Notes under the pieces: generated by a model
The model's database searches: none
What the model was told of the DNA's origin: nothing
What the model saw: the letters and a program-made list of their open reading frames with translations, nothing else
Made by a program: the position numbers and the translations under genes
Assembly (NCBI GenBank): GCA_001599295.1
Contig: BCGN01000001.1
Location: 1,178,001 to 1,242,000 of the forward strand
DNA length: 64,000 nucleotides
Direction of reading: 5' to 3'
DNA from: Sporopachydermia quercuum
Lineage: Eukaryota
Shown: piece after piece, positions 48,418 to 61,235 of the stretch
Layout of the letters: each line of letters begins with the position of its first letter
Numbering within the stretch: position 1 is the first letter of the stretch

Positions 48418-50670
48418 ATGGCTTCAGTATCAGGCAAGATCCGTAGAGCTGCACCTACTATCGACAGTATAGTAAGTGATTATGCTGTAGGTTATGTGCG
48501 ACATTTAGAACAACAAATAACGGATCCTGATACAGCAAGCAGAGTTGATGTCACCAAAGATGTTTCATTTATATCAAATTTGCTAGTAAGCGCAGGCGGG
48601 TTGCAAGAAGAGGTTGAAAAACTTGGAATTGAGATTCAAAATCATTTGATCAAACTGTATGATGAAAATAGAGCTAAGAATGAACTAATTGGTGATACAA
48701 GTAAACGACTGATTGACAAGTCATTGATGTTGTCAACTCAAAGAGAAGCAGTCTCACTGAATTTAGTGAATGGGTTCACAGACTTAGAACATACTGCCCG
48801 AAAAGTTGAAAGTAAAGTTGATAAGAAGAAGTTGGAGAAAGCAGAGAAGCGAATTCAAGCTAAGTTAGAGAAGAGAGCTAATAAATTCGTGAAATACGAG
48901 GCATCAAAACTCTTGGAAGAAGTTGACAATGAAGACTATGATAGTTTCTTCATGAAGATTAATCCTTTGGACTTTTCAAATGGAGGAGCAGGAAAATCAA
49001 AAGACATTCATATTGATAATATTGACTTGTACATTGGTGATGGTAAAAGAATTCTTAGTGATACATCATTATCATTGTCATATGGTCGAAGGTACGGTCT
49101 GATTGGTCAAAATGGTATTGGTAAATCCACTTTGTTAAGAGCGTTGGCTAGAAGAGAATTAAATGTTCCCCAACATATCACAATTCTTCACGTTGAACAG
49201 GAAGTTCGAGGTGATGACACACCTGCATTACAGTCAGTGTTAGACGCTGATGTATGGAGAAAACAGTTATTATTTGAACGAAGTAAAATCAACGATAGAA
49301 TGAAGGAGATTGAAGACTTGAAGCAAAGTTTTGGTGAAAACACTCAAGAAGCTCATAAACTTGATTCTGAAAGAGATGACTTGTTAGGACATTTACAAGA
49401 AATAGATGAAAAATTGATTGAAATGGAAAGTGACAAAGCAGAAGCTAGGGCTGCTTCTATTTTATTTGGTCTTGGTTTCAGTTTAGAATCCCAGAGTAAA
49501 GCAACAAATACTTTCTCTGGTGGTTGGAGAATGAGATTATCTTTAGCTAGAGCTTTATTCTGTAAACCTGATTTACTACTTCTTGATGAACCTTCCAATA
49601 TGTTGGATGTTCCATCTATTACATATTTGGCTCATTATTTGAAAACATACGAAGGAACAGTCTTGGTAGTATCACACGATCGGTCTTTCCTTAATGAAGT
49701 TGCCACTGATATTATCCATCAACACTCTGAAAGATTAGATTATTACAGAAGTACAAACTTTGACGGGTTCTATGCTACAAGAGAAGAAAGAAGAAAGAAC
49801 GCTTTACGTGAATATGAAAATCAAATGGCATACAGAAAACATTTACAGACATTTATTGATAAGTTCCGATACAACGCTGCTAAATCGTCTGAAGCTCAAT
49901 CGAGAATCAAGAAATTAGAGAAACTTCCAGTGTTAGAACCTCCCGAGGAAGATAAAATTGTTTCATTCAAATTCCCTGACCCTGAAAAACTATCACCACC
50001 TATTATTCAATTACAGGAGGTATCATTTGGTTATTCACCTGATAAGATTTTACTGAGTAATGTTGATCTGGACGTTCAACTTGATTCAAGAATTGCCTTA
50101 GTTGGTGCTAATGGTTGTGGTAAGACTACATTATTGAAAATATTGTTAGAACAACTTCATCCATTATCTGGTATAGTTTCAAGAAACCCACGACTAAGAG
50201 TTGGTTATTTTGCTCAACATCATGTTGATCAGATGGATCTTAACTTGAATGCTGTTGCATGGATGGCTTCAAAATACCCGGGCAAAACTGATGAAGAGTA
50301 TAGAAGACATTTAGGATCATTTGGTATCACTGGTACATTAGGTTTACAGAAGATGGAATTATTATCTGGAGGTCAGAAATCCAGAGTTGCATTTGCTGCT
50401 TTATGTCTGTCGCAACCTCATATTTTAGTTCTTGATGAACCTTCTAATCATTTAGATATCCAAGCTTTAGATGCATTAGCTGACGCTCTCCGTAATTACA
50501 AAGGTGGTATTCTTATGGTTTCTCACGATATTTCAATCATTGAAAGCGTGTGCACGGAGATCTGGGTATCAGAAGAAGGAACAGTCAAGAAGTATGATGG
50601 TGATATTCATGATTATAAGAAATATATTTTGAGTAAAGCAACTGGCGCAGGTGTTGTTGCAAAGCATTGA
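48418..50670 (+). CDS. GCN20: ABCF-family translational regulator Gcn20, 750 aa
   Basis: Two ABC domains (GQNGIGKST, FSGGWRMR; GANGCGKTT, LSGGQKSR), no TM; Gcn20-type N-terminus. Confidence 0.93.
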   Translation: MASVSGKIRRAAPTIDSIVSDYAVGYVRHLEQQITDPDTASRVDVTKDVSFISNLLVSAGGLQEEVEKLGIEIQNHLIKLYDENRAKNELIGDTSKRLIDKSLMLSTQREAVSLNLVNGFTDLEHTARKVESKVDKKKLEKAEKRIQAKLEKRANKFVKYEASKLLEEVDNEDYDSFFMKINPLDFSNGGAGKSKDIHIDNIDLYIGDGKRILSDTSLSLSYGRRYGLIGQNGIGKSTLLRALARRELNVPQHITILHVEQEVRGDDTPALQSVLDADVWRKQLLFERSKINDRMKEIEDLKQSFGENTQEAHKLDSERDDLLGHLQEIDEKLIEMESDKAEARAASILFGLGFSLESQSKATNTFSGGWRMRLSLARALFCKPDLLLLDEPSNMLDVPSITYLAHYLKTYEGTVLVVSHDRSFLNEVATDIIHQHSERLDYYRSTNFDGFYATREERRKNALREYENQMAYRKHLQTFIDKFRYNAAKSSEAQSRIKKLEKLPVLEPPEEDKIVSFKFPDPEKLSPPIIQLQEVSFGYSPDKILLSNVDLDVQLDSRIALVGANGCGKTTLLKILLEQLHPLSGIVSRNPRLRVGYFAQHHVDQMDLNLNAVAWMASKYPGKTDEEYRRHLGSFGITGTLGLQKMELLSGGQKSRVAFAALCLSQPHILVLDEPSNHLDIQALDALADALRNYKGGILMVSHDISIIESVCTEIWVSEEGTVKKYDGDIHDYKKYILSKATGAGVVAKH

Positions 50671-51007
50671 CATATAGAATGAAGTCTTCAATATATGATA
50701 AAGCTATTGCGTCAATGTACTACAATTAATGTTAGATTTAACATAATAATTAGAATTTATTATAATTAGTAAATTAAATTAAAGTCGTGATCTCATAAGT
50801 CGTAAAAAAAAAAAATGGAACTACATTCAATAATGAACGAATTCACCATGAGAGAAAATCGGTAAACATTAAAAAGAAAGTTGAAAGGAAAACTCTAATT
50901 GATCGAAACGAATATAGGGAAGATTGAATGCAATCATTCTTACCCTCAGGTTTGTAGTGGTTACCGATACCCCTTATCACCTGATAAACCATTAGGCTGA
51001 ACGTAGA

Positions 51008-51853
51008 TTAAACTTGGGTTTCTCCAGAAGCTCTTGGGGTTTCAGCAGGAACTTTTTCTTGAACAGGAGCTGCATCAGNTTCATTCCAAGTGAAATAAAC
51101 GAAAATAGCAGGGTAAATCCAGAAGGTACATAAGTTCAAGACACCATAGAAGACAGCTTCAGAATCTGGTTGGATGACGTTACCACCTTCAGATAAACCA
51201 AAACAAATTGGATACAACATCCATAAGAATACCAATGTTGAGGCAGAAAGTGTAAATTTCTTGTTAACAGATTCGGAAACAGCAGAAGCAGATTTTCTTG
51301 TAAACGTGAAAAGATTAGCAGCAACTAATAAGTAGGCAACAAGACCGAACACATAGTAACCCCACTTGTAGGAAGAAGAAATCAAGGAACCAATTAATAA
51401 ACAAACAACGTATGCCATTGTGCATACAACATTGTATAGAGTTCTTTGCCATGGTAAGTTGGCTAACCAAGATAAGTTAGCAACTGACAAGGAAAAAGTA
51501 AAGAACCAACCAACATATCTTGCATAGAAGATTTGTCTTGTACCAGGAACTTCTGAAGGATCTGAAACGGTTACATGATTGAATTGAGCTTGGATTGGTG
51601 TCCAACCTAAATCAGAAGCAACAGTGAAACTTGCTAACATTGCAACGTAAGAAATGGCCAATGTTGAGTAAATGTATAAAGATCTCTTAGCTGGCTTGAG
51701 ATAAGAGACAGCCATGTAAGCAAGGGTTGTAGCACCGAATACAGAAAATACTGCCCAAACCCAGTCGGAACCATGGGTTGTTAAATGGATATCGGCTCCA
51801 GTTGGAGCATTGATTGAAATTACTTCGTTACCAGCTTTCAGTTGATACGACAT
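51008..51853 (-). CDS. Opsin-related 7TM protein (Yro2/Mrh1/Hsp30 family), 281 aa
   Basis: LTTHGSDWVWAVF, RQIFYARYVGW, SSYKWGYY, LYPICFGLSEGGNVIQPDSEAVFYG; no retinal Lys in helix G. Confidence 0.88.
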   Translation of the reverse strand: MSYQLKAGNEVISINAPTGADIHLTTHGSDWVWAVFSVFGATTLAYMAVSYLKPAKRSLYIYSTLAISYVAMLASFTVASDLGWTPIQAQFNHVTVSDPSEVPGTRQIFYARYVGWFFTFSLSVANLSWLANLPWQRTLYNVVCTMAYVVCLLIGSLISSSYKWGYYVFGLVAYLLVAANLFTFTRKSASAVSESVNKKFTLSASTLVFLWMLYPICFGLSEGGNVIQPDSEAVFYGVLNLCTFWIYPAIFVYFTWNEXDAAPVQEKVPAETPRASGETQV

Positions 51854-54800
51854 GATTAGTTAGTTTTTGTTATTGAGGTTAAAGGTATGAAGTAAATCAA
51901 AGATTATTTTGATCTAGTGGTTGAAATAACTGAAACTTGTTATTCGACAATTTTGTTTTGTTTTTCGCTTTTTGTTGTTATATGTGTATGTTTTATAACG
52001 TTTGAATTTTAGACAATTTGATATCTTATCAATTAAATTACTTGATTTTATAATGAATAGTAGTACTACAGGGTTCGAGCATAGGGAGCTCTATTTATAT
52101 GTTTCAAGAACTCCATTTTCAAGAAAAATAAATTTTCATTGATTTGCCAATTGTAATGTAATGTTCCTTAGTTTAGATTTCACTAAAAGGTATATAGTAT
52201 AGTATCGGAAGAATATTCCTTCAAATCAGTCATTTGAGAGAATTGCGAGCCATTGATTGTTAATAAAGGAGTTGACTAAGAAATAAACTTTCATGATGTT
52301 CTTCAAAGAAGGTTTAAGATGACCACCGGAATTGGAATAAGGTTAAGATGGCTCAAATTATAAAGAGAATCGAAAGGAAGAAACATTAAGAAATTTCGTA
52401 AGATTGAAAATATAGTTCAGTAAGATTGAGAGTATATTCTGAATCTGGAAGGTGAATATTAAACTACACCACTAATACAAGCTTGAATGATTATTGAGTC
52501 AAAATGAAACGAAAGATGAGTACTGCGTTGTAGTTGTATCGAGATTTGGAAAACGATTTAGTTTAGTAAAGAAACCGAGACAATTATTAGTTGTGAACGC
52601 TTATGATTTGTGGTCTAATAGTCACCTAGGATTAGAAGTAAAACTGAGACTCACTAGTCCTTAAAAGTGTAGCTGACCAAGTGTACTGGAACCTTAAAGT
52701 CCTTCATGATCAAACATCGAATGTAAGCCGTTGATAAGAAAGGCTGTAATGAAAGATTCTACTCATTATAGTAAAGCTGTTGGTATAAACTTCATAATAC
52801 ACTTGCAAATGTTCTTTTTATTTCTATTTTCTTCATCAGTCCCTCAAGCAAGCGAGATCCTCTTCTTAACCACCCGCTCCAGTAANTATTACTCCGAAGA
52901 CCCCGAAAAACAGTTTCGTTATGTATGTTACTGTATTGTATCCTAGTGAGGATAATTAATGATGTAGACGGTTTTTTTTTTATTTTTGAATTTCACAGGT
53001 TGATGCTGTTTGAATGAAATTGTAATACGACAGGGGCTAGCTTAACCTATTCTGTTTTCCGTAGCTCAACTGTTTCCTATGAATCGAAAATGATATACTT
53101 TTTTTTCTAAACAGATTGAATGGTCATTTAGGAATCTTGNTTGAACGAACATTTGTATCCATACAAGTTTGTCTACTTATTTCTCGGAACCTCCGGTGCT
53201 ATCGAAATATGCCGCGAATTATATGCTTTGATAAGGGTGAGAAATGATACTGCATAGATTATATTATGATTTACATTAATTTTTTATTCTCTCTAGATTG
53301 TAGTTTTCTTTGATTTTTTTTTACTGCCCGATCGATGTTGAATATTTAGATCTCTCTCTTGATAAACCAAGGGATTGAGTTTATGATGCTTAATAATTAT
53401 AAATCCAATAACAACAGAAGATCATATGGCATCAAACACAATAAAGGAGAAAATTAAATCTAATTTAACAGTACAACACCTAACATTGCATTGTTTCAAT
53501 TCAGTTTGACTATTTTCCAATCTTAAGCTCAGAAAATTGTGTAGAGTGTTAACCAAATTAAGGGGTACAATCGAGATACAATGAATAAAGTTAAAATGAA
53601 ATATATCTCAGCTTAACTTTATTTTTCACTCATCGTATGACCGTTGAAAAATTTGTTACTACTAGCATTTCTGAGATTTCAAAGATAAGCAAGCTCAATT
53701 GAAGAGAAAATAATGTGCCAATTATTTACATATTATTGGATTTAGATAACTAAATGTTATAAAGCTGATTGTTATAAAAGAAACCCGAACAATTTGTTTC
53801 CAAGCTTTGAGGACTTCCAGTCCAATTATTTAAGGAGTTTAGACTTTACGGGTAGGTATTATTCTCAGCCGTTACTGATCATCCCTGATGAGTATAATTG
53901 TCTCGAATCTCATGGAAATTTCAGATGAACTGAGCTGCGTTAATCATTTCAACGGTAGGAACTTACTGAAAGAAATCTAAACTTCCTTACTTTGATATCA
54001 ATTAAAACTTGTTACTAAAAGCTTCAATCGATAAGAACTAATTAGGCTATTTCTCCTTGAACTTTGAGATTCATTAACTGAATAAATCTCTCTTACAATA
54101 ACTCAATATTAAGTTTTCAGATTTTCTTCAATTTATAATAACATTTCAAGTGGTACAATAATTTTTCGATAAACTAATAGTTCCAACTCCAATGCCATAA
54201 CCCCTTTGAAGAAGAGATTGAGATAATTAATACAAGGAAACTTTTTATCTAATTCAAGGCTCATGTTTTCACAATACGAAGGTTATTCTTTTTCTTGTGA
54301 AATCTCTTGTAGTTTGGGATAATAGAGGACATAAAAAGAATCTTAACATGAGATGAAGTATCAATATCATCGTAACTACTCTTCACTTTAGAAGATTTCC
54401 AATGTCGGTTGTCGGTTTATATACCTTCTCATAGACTATCTAGGCTTTAAGTTTAGATTTTGGGTAGCGTTATTACGTTAACATCAATCTTCTCGTTTCT
54501 CTTTCATAACCGATTGAAATAGTACCAAATGACTTACTATCAACATTCCTCGATCTGAACAAGGACATATTGATCTCTTGTTGCATTATGTTGAAGCAAC
54601 AATTAATGAGGGATGGCTTCTAATATTCATATTATAGAATAATGCTTCTTAAGGTAGTCAGATCAATATCATATGGAATGAGAAAGGGAATATATAGCAA
54701 CTTTTGCCTACTTAGGGAGTAGGTTAGATTAGATTTACATGAATGAGTCTTTTTGCTAATCGTTTGTTTTATGCTTTACAAATAAATGAAGTTGGAGTGT

Positions 54801-56712
54801 ACAAGGTATCATAGATTAAACTGAGCAAACCAAGTGCATACTTTTCATAAAAAGAAAGCAGGTCACAACTTGAAAGTGATTTTCAGACATACCATGTCGA
54901 TTAGGAAGATGTACTTTCGCTGATACTCCCGAATTTTGGCACTTATATAACCTAAACAGGGTATCTGAACAGAAACTATGAAATCACTCTACTTCCGAGG
55001 AATATTATGTCCAAAGAAAAGCTTGAAGACGCTCCAAGGAAAACAATGATACATCCTATGTCTTTCTGATGGGTTCCAAAAGGACCAAGCCGTTATTGCG
55101 TACGGAGCAATTAGGAATAGTTTATATCCTTTTTGAGATTACATGCAATAGGATAGACACTCTAATTGTGCCCCTTTTCCAAGAGTTGAATGAACGAATA
55201 TGCTATCGAAACCTGGAGAAAATCTGGGGAAGTGTTCCTAGCAGTTAATTTGTCATGATCAATTTATTATCTTTCTTTTCAGTGGNAAAATAAAGTCACG
55301 GCATTATGATAATTCGGGTAATAAAATAGGAAGAAGGACTAATTGGATTTGAAGTTGATGAAGATCGTGATAGAATAATTGCAGTTGTTCTTCATTGCTT
55401 CTTTCTTTGTTTAAAATCCTAATAACCTCAACTACTTCAATCTATCATAATATCTGTTTTAATAGCCCTTNTGTTGTTTTTCCACTACTTTTCACAGCGT
55501 TTACTTCATACTTCATCTGATACTCCAATCAGTCATTTCTTTATTTGCTTAAATTATAGACATTGTTAGTCATGGAGGGAAGTTATCTAAAAAAATGGTT
55601 CGATTTTAAGGTTTAAGTATTTGTCAGGAGCCTAACTTTATTATGGTAAAACTTTGGTGTTGCATTCAATTTTTTTTCGGTCTATCGGAGGAATAATGCG
55701 AATTTCGGTGAAGGAACAATGTGTAATTAACAAAGATTAAGACAAATGGGGTATCCTTTCAGGTGAAATGTCACGTTCTCCACAACTTTATTTAAATTAT
55801 GCATGACTAAATCTGGGGAACAGATAACAGTAGTAATTGTGAAGACTTCTAGTGAAAATAATTTGATAATTATTTTGTGATGCTCCAATTTGGCTTCCTG
55901 TAGTTCAGATGCTGTTATTAGAAATCAGCACAGTACGTATAATGCGCTGATTTGCATACTCTGTTGAATAGTACAGCTCTAATCAGTTCTTTTCGCTACG
56001 AAACAAATAGCCTAAAGTTTGAACCTTCGCTTCAACTCCTGACATAGATTTCAATTTCAATTATAGATTTACAATCAAATGAATCTTTTTTCTTTCATTC
56101 GTTTCCTCACAAAAAAGTTTATGTAACCCATCNTAATTTATATTCGCCTGAAATAATTTTTTTCCAACAGTTAAATCAGTTTCTATGTGTTTTTCTACGT
56201 TTTTTTTAATCCATCTTCCAAATGTTTTACTCATAAGGAAAACTAATTAGTTTNTGTTATAATTAAGGTTTTTTGTTTGTCACGAAATTCTCTGTACACA
56301 CTAAACTTTCCTCAGGCCTGACAAAGTAAGTAATACAAATCATTTGCTGGCTTGAAAAATTATGACTCAATTCGTTCAATCACGACAAGTCTGGGGTTTG
56401 CTATATCATGTATATCTTCTCTCACATCCCTTCTAGTTTGTTTCTTATATAACCTTTGTAATGGCTCAACCAAGATACTAGGATTTTTCTCTCCTTTTTT
56501 GGTACTTTCAAGCTGCTTCAATTGTTTTAAATTCTTTGGTGATATCGTCCTGACTGTCGTCAAGTTCTAGCTGGTCTAAGTTGTCTCGAGGAACGTTTAC
56601 ATATATCTTCTTCAGCTCCTGCTTTTCTGGAACTTCTCGGAGTTAACTAACGAACTGACACTGTTATCAGATTTCGTTTCTAAGTTGCTTCTACTACTAT
56701 TAATTATCACCT

Positions 56713-58236
56713 ATGACGACTTCAAATGCCTTGCAAAAGGCAATCAACCATTATGCTAAGTTCAATCCGAGTAACTTGTCNTTGCCTCAAATGGCAAGGT
56801 TTGGACTAACTCCAACACCTCCGCAGCTTTACAGATCATCACAATTCATCAATAATGAAATGCCTATAAGATTAGCTCAGAGAGTGAAAGATTTGCAGAA
56901 TTTACCCGATGGATTGTCAGAAATGCCTTCTATTGTAAAAGTCCGAAGCTGGTACGAAAGATCTTTTGAAGAATTGATCCACTTTAAGAATACTCAAGAA
57001 CATAAATACATCTCGAAAGAATTAAAGCAGAAATTATTGTCTGCCTCGTCAGCGAATGGTATTTATAGTCATAATTTCCATAATCACCATAAACATCACA
57101 GTCATCACAATCACCATACTCATCATAGTAGCACTCTTTCTCCTTCTCAGAGCATTAATACAGATCGTGAAGTATTATCGAGAATCAACCATCATCAACA
57201 TCAACATAGCACACAATCTGATAGCATATTGAAATTTGCATCAAACTTATTGCTAAACAACTGGGGGAAAAGAACATATGCAACAGCGGAAGACCTCAGT
57301 CTAACTTCATTACAGGATATAAATTCAGTAGAGACACTTCTGAAGAGTGCCAGACAACAATGGCCAAAGGAAGTTAATGATTATAATGAAGCATACTCGA
57401 ATCTAATATCTTCAATACGAAGAAGACACGATGGTGTTGTTATAACAATAGCTCAAGGTATTAAAGAATATCAAGAATTAAAATTAAAAGGAGATATAAA
57501 TAATATTTACCAACCAGAAATTCAAACATTTTTAGATAGATTTTATGCAACAAGAATTGGAATAAGATTTTTATTAGGACAACATATAGCTATAAGCGAT
57601 GTCGGATTAGGGAAGGTCAAAGGGGAAAGACTAAAAGAATTGCAAAAAGATGGTTACATCGGACTTATTTGTTCTAATTCAAATATAAGTGAAATATCAA
57701 CGAATGCTATACAATTAGCTCAATCAATGTGTGAAGATTGGTATGATTTGTATGAGGCACCAAGAGTGGAGTTAGTGTGTGATCCAAATTTGAAATTTAT
57801 TTACATTCCCGGTCATTTATCTCATATGATTTTTGAAATTGTCAAAAATTCATTAAGAGCAACCGTTGAAAGATATGGTGCTGATATTGATTATAGGAAG
57901 TTTCCTCCAATTAAAGTTATTGTTGCTGATGGTAATGAAGATATTACTGTGAAGGTATCTGATCAAGGTGGTGGTATACCAAGATCGTACGTACCAAAGG
58001 TGTTCAACTATTTATTTACTACTGTTAAGGATGCTCCGAATTTGATGGAAAGGGATTTTGGATCGAATATGATGGGTGCACCATTAGCTGGTTTCGGTTA
58101 TGGATTACCAATTAGTAGATTATATGCAAGATACTTTGGTGGTGATATACAATTGATTTCTCTTGAAGGGTACGGAACTGATGTATATATTCATCTACCA
58201 AAGCTTAGTACAAGTAATGAATACTTTGTTGCCTGA
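56713..58236 (+). CDS. Mitochondrial pyruvate dehydrogenase kinase (PDK/BCKDK family), 507 aa
   Basis: EMPIRLAQRV, FLDRFYATRIGIR, FEIVKNSLRA, SDQGGGI, LAGFGYGLPISRLYARYFGG. Confidence 0.9.
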   Translation: MTTSNALQKAINHYAKFNPSNLXLPQMARFGLTPTPPQLYRSSQFINNEMPIRLAQRVKDLQNLPDGLSEMPSIVKVRSWYERSFEELIHFKNTQEHKYISKELKQKLLSASSANGIYSHNFHNHHKHHSHHNHHTHHSSTLSPSQSINTDREVLSRINHHQHQHSTQSDSILKFASNLLLNNWGKRTYATAEDLSLTSLQDINSVETLLKSARQQWPKEVNDYNEAYSNLISSIRRRHDGVVITIAQGIKEYQELKLKGDINNIYQPEIQTFLDRFYATRIGIRFLLGQHIAISDVGLGKVKGERLKELQKDGYIGLICSNSNISEISTNAIQLAQSMCEDWYDLYEAPRVELVCDPNLKFIYIPGHLSHMIFEIVKNSLRATVERYGADIDYRKFPPIKVIVADGNEDITVKVSDQGGGIPRSYVPKVFNYLFTTVKDAPNLMERDFGSNMMGAPLAGFGYGLPISRLYARYFGGDIQLISLEGYGTDVYIHLPKLSTSNEYFVA

Positions 58237-58301
58237 GTTACTTTGTTCAATTGAATAGTTTTGATTGATCTTTGCATTGGCTTATTTGATTGGATTGGAT
58301 G

Positions 58302-58334
58302 ATTTTATTTTATTTTATTTTATTTTATTTTATT
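58302..58334. repeat. (ATTTT)6 pentanucleotide microsatellite downstream of the kinase gene
   Basis: Direct reading of sequence. Confidence 0.9.
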
Positions 58335-59237
58335 GTTAAATGATGGATTGGGAAGAATGGGACAACTGGGTAGAAGAGACAAGAAAAAAGAAATATAAAA
58401 AATAGAAAGCGCTGAAGACAAAATGAAAATTGATATAAAAAAAAACATAAAAGGTGAAAAGAGGACAGTGGAATGAGAGCAAAGAGTGCGAAGAATGGAA
58501 AGAATATAATAATATATAAACTTGAAGATTCTTATGGTTTAATGAAATTGATGATTGTATGGTTTTATATGGGAAGATTAATTGTAGGATAAGATAAAGA
58601 CGATAATCCCATAGAATCCCTCTGAAAGTTCTTATGTGTTAGGTGGAACCAAGGCGTTATAAATATGTAAGAATCACCGTCTTTGTTAAGNAANGTTCCG
58701 TATGTATAATAACTATCAGTTAGGGTCGTTTCGCCAATAATCCAGAACTCGTACTTGAATTACAGTAATTGTTTTCTTGCATCATACTTATGTTATATTG
58801 ATGTTCAAATCCATATCCCTACTTTCTTTAACACAGCACGAGATAATCAACTCGCTTATTCGAAGGAGCCTTTCAAAATATGACGATTATTCATGTTGAT
58901 TATGATTATCACCGTAAGTTCATCATCACCTNCATCGTTTGCACGTCTGAACATCTGGTGAAATGACCAATGATGTAGTTGTCACAATTTGTTCGAGTTA
59001 ATAAAAAGCCCATTAATTCTCGGGCGCAACTCGTGAAATTTGATCACCACTTATAGTTACTCTTTATATCAATCATCTACGTGTCAGAGATGAATCAAAT
59101 GAAGTCCATAGAATACCATTAACATCCAAGACAGCATAGCATAGTGTTCACTTTATTTACACTTTTTGCATCTACAGTTGAAAAGCTTATNAAGAATCAA
59201 TAATCTTCATTTTTATTGCAAATCATATATACAATAA

Positions 59238-61235
59238 CTAAGTGAATAGATACCTCGTTCTTCGTTTCTGTAAGTTTGAACCAATAAAACCATTCTCATT
59301 ATTTAAATCCACCGCATGAATATGACAATAAATTTTACCGTCATAAGTATAATAACCTTGAGCAACAGCATCATGAGAATGACACTTACAGCATTTTAAA
59401 CAATTCAAATGAAATCTTTGGCTAACGTTATTTTCTAAATATTGCCCTTCAATAATTCCATTACATTCGTAACACATTGATTTGTTAAGAACATGATAGT
59501 GAAGCTGACAATATGGTAAATCATCAAACACGTAGAAAGTTTCCTTTGATGAGAATTCTTTCCCACACTGAGCAAACATACATTTGAAACAATGTTTATG
59601 CCATTTACCAGATAATGTACCATCTTTTGACCAAACAGATTTACCATTTATTACCAATCGACAACCTCTGCAATAAGTATCGCTGATTATTGAAGTACTG
59701 TTGCTGTTGGTGTGACTGCTGCTATTATTTGACATCAATGATAAATTTGAAGTAGTATTTGCAGTATCATTTTCTCCGTATTCTGAGGAAATGGGCGAAA
59801 ATGATGGCTGAGAAGTTGATTCAGAATTAGAATCAGAATTAGAATTATTAGCTGAACTATTGCTGGGATTGTTAATATGTAAGGGCGAAGTTCTAATTGA
59901 ATCATACTCCATTTCATTCTCGTATATGGAGGATGATGTTGATAGTCGATTGATATCATTCGTTGGTAACGATAGTAAATTATCATCTCTACTATAGGTA
60001 TAATGAGATTGAGATTGGTTATAATCTTTCCCAACTGGTTCTGGATCAGTTGTGAAAATAAATGAATCTCCACTTTGTTGAGATACACTTGATACATCAT
60101 ATTTATGACCATGTCCCTTATTATAAGGATTATTTATTTTTGAATCCATTGGTGCTCTTTCTTGTTTAGTAACAGTTTGAAATATTCCAATACTATTGTT
60201 GGAGCTATTACTACTATTGTACGAATTTAGTGGTTGTTGCTGATGTGAAAATTGATTGATAGTATTATGGTTCTGAGGTATCAAATTGGTCAATGGAGGT
60301 GTTTCAAAGGAACTATAACCACTTGATAGTGAAGAAGTTTTTGGCTTGTGATTCACATCAATTGGCTTTCCTGGAGGAACAGTTGAATCATTACTATTAT
60401 TCAACTTATTGTATTCTGTGTAGGCTTTATTCAAAGGAATCGTAGTCACTGATGACCAATTTGATCCGTTGTTTATATTGGTATTACCATTGCCATCACC
60501 ATTGGGGCCTTGTAACGTTGCACTTGGCATCAATGTTGATGGTTTTTGAACTGATGAATTGACATCCGGTAAGAATGTTTGACTTGAAAGTGGAGAAGGA
60601 TTTTTAGTTTTCTTGACAGATCCAGTAGAATAATTTGGAACAACTGGTGCCGAGCGTGGACCATTCTCCTTACCATTTGCAAGATGAGTATCAATTCTCA
60701 AAGACCTTTTGTTTGTATGATATGGTTGTTCTTGAAAGCTATCACTTGCTCCTGTTGGCAAACTGGGATTCGAATGGAAATCTTTATCCATCCTCACCAT
60801 ATTTATATTTGAATTACCTTTGATACTATCCAGACTAGTTGTTCGTATTGCATTATAAGGATTGCTGTTGTTGACATTAGGATTTTTTGAATACTGTAAA
60901 GGATAACGTTTATCCTGTAGTCGGTTTAAACTATTAGTATCATTAGTTGTATCATGGATATTACTATTGTAATTAACATTGCTGCTAATGTTATTGCTGA
61001 TATCGGCATTTGACGAACAAGAGGGCATGCTATTGCTCGTTGATGTTCTTTGAACATAACTGGACCCTGAACCTGAACTGGACCTATTCTTCGAGGATCT
61101 GAAACTATTCCTCGGGGATTTTGGATCTCTGATTTCAAATCCTGCTCTTTCATAAACGCTCTTGGGCGGTACTTCAAGTAAAAATGGAGGAAATGGCGTT
61201 GTCCAATTCCTTAGCATCAAGTTGTCACCGGTCAT
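59238..61235 (-). CDS. PXL1: Paxillin-like LIM-domain protein, 665 aa
   Basis: Asn/Ser-rich N-terminus, two C-terminal LIM domains (CRGC...WHKHCFKC...YCQLHYH; CYEC...FHLNCLKC...YCHIH), KRRTR tail. Confidence 0.8.
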   Translation of the reverse strand: MTGDNLMLRNWTTPFPPFLLEVPPKSVYERAGFEIRDPKSPRNSFRSSKNRSSSGSGSSYVQRTSTSNSMPSCSSNADISNNISSNVNYNSNIHDTTNDTNSLNRLQDKRYPLQYSKNPNVNNSNPYNAIRTTSLDSIKGNSNINMVRMDKDFHSNPSLPTGASDSFQEQPYHTNKRSLRIDTHLANGKENGPRSAPVVPNYSTGSVKKTKNPSPLSSQTFLPDVNSSVQKPSTLMPSATLQGPNGDGNGNTNINNGSNWSSVTTIPLNKAYTEYNKLNNSNDSTVPPGKPIDVNHKPKTSSLSSGYSSFETPPLTNLIPQNHNTINQFSHQQQPLNSYNSSNSSNNSIGIFQTVTKQERAPMDSKINNPYNKGHGHKYDVSSVSQQSGDSFIFTTDPEPVGKDYNQSQSHYTYSRDDNLLSLPTNDINRLSTSSSIYENEMEYDSIRTSPLHINNPSNSSANNSNSDSNSESTSQPSFSPISSEYGENDTANTTSNLSLMSNNSSSHTNSNSTSIISDTYCRGCRLVINGKSVWSKDGTLSGKWHKHCFKCMFAQCGKEFSSKETFYVFDDLPYCQLHYHVLNKSMCYECNGIIEGQYLENNVSQRFHLNCLKCCKCHSHDAVAQGYYTYDGKIYCHIHAVDLNNENGFIGSNLQKRRTRYLFT

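Noticed and set aside
51008..51853. Light-sensing rhodopsin
   Set aside because: Helix G reads GVLNLCTF, lacking the retinal-binding DxxxK lysine
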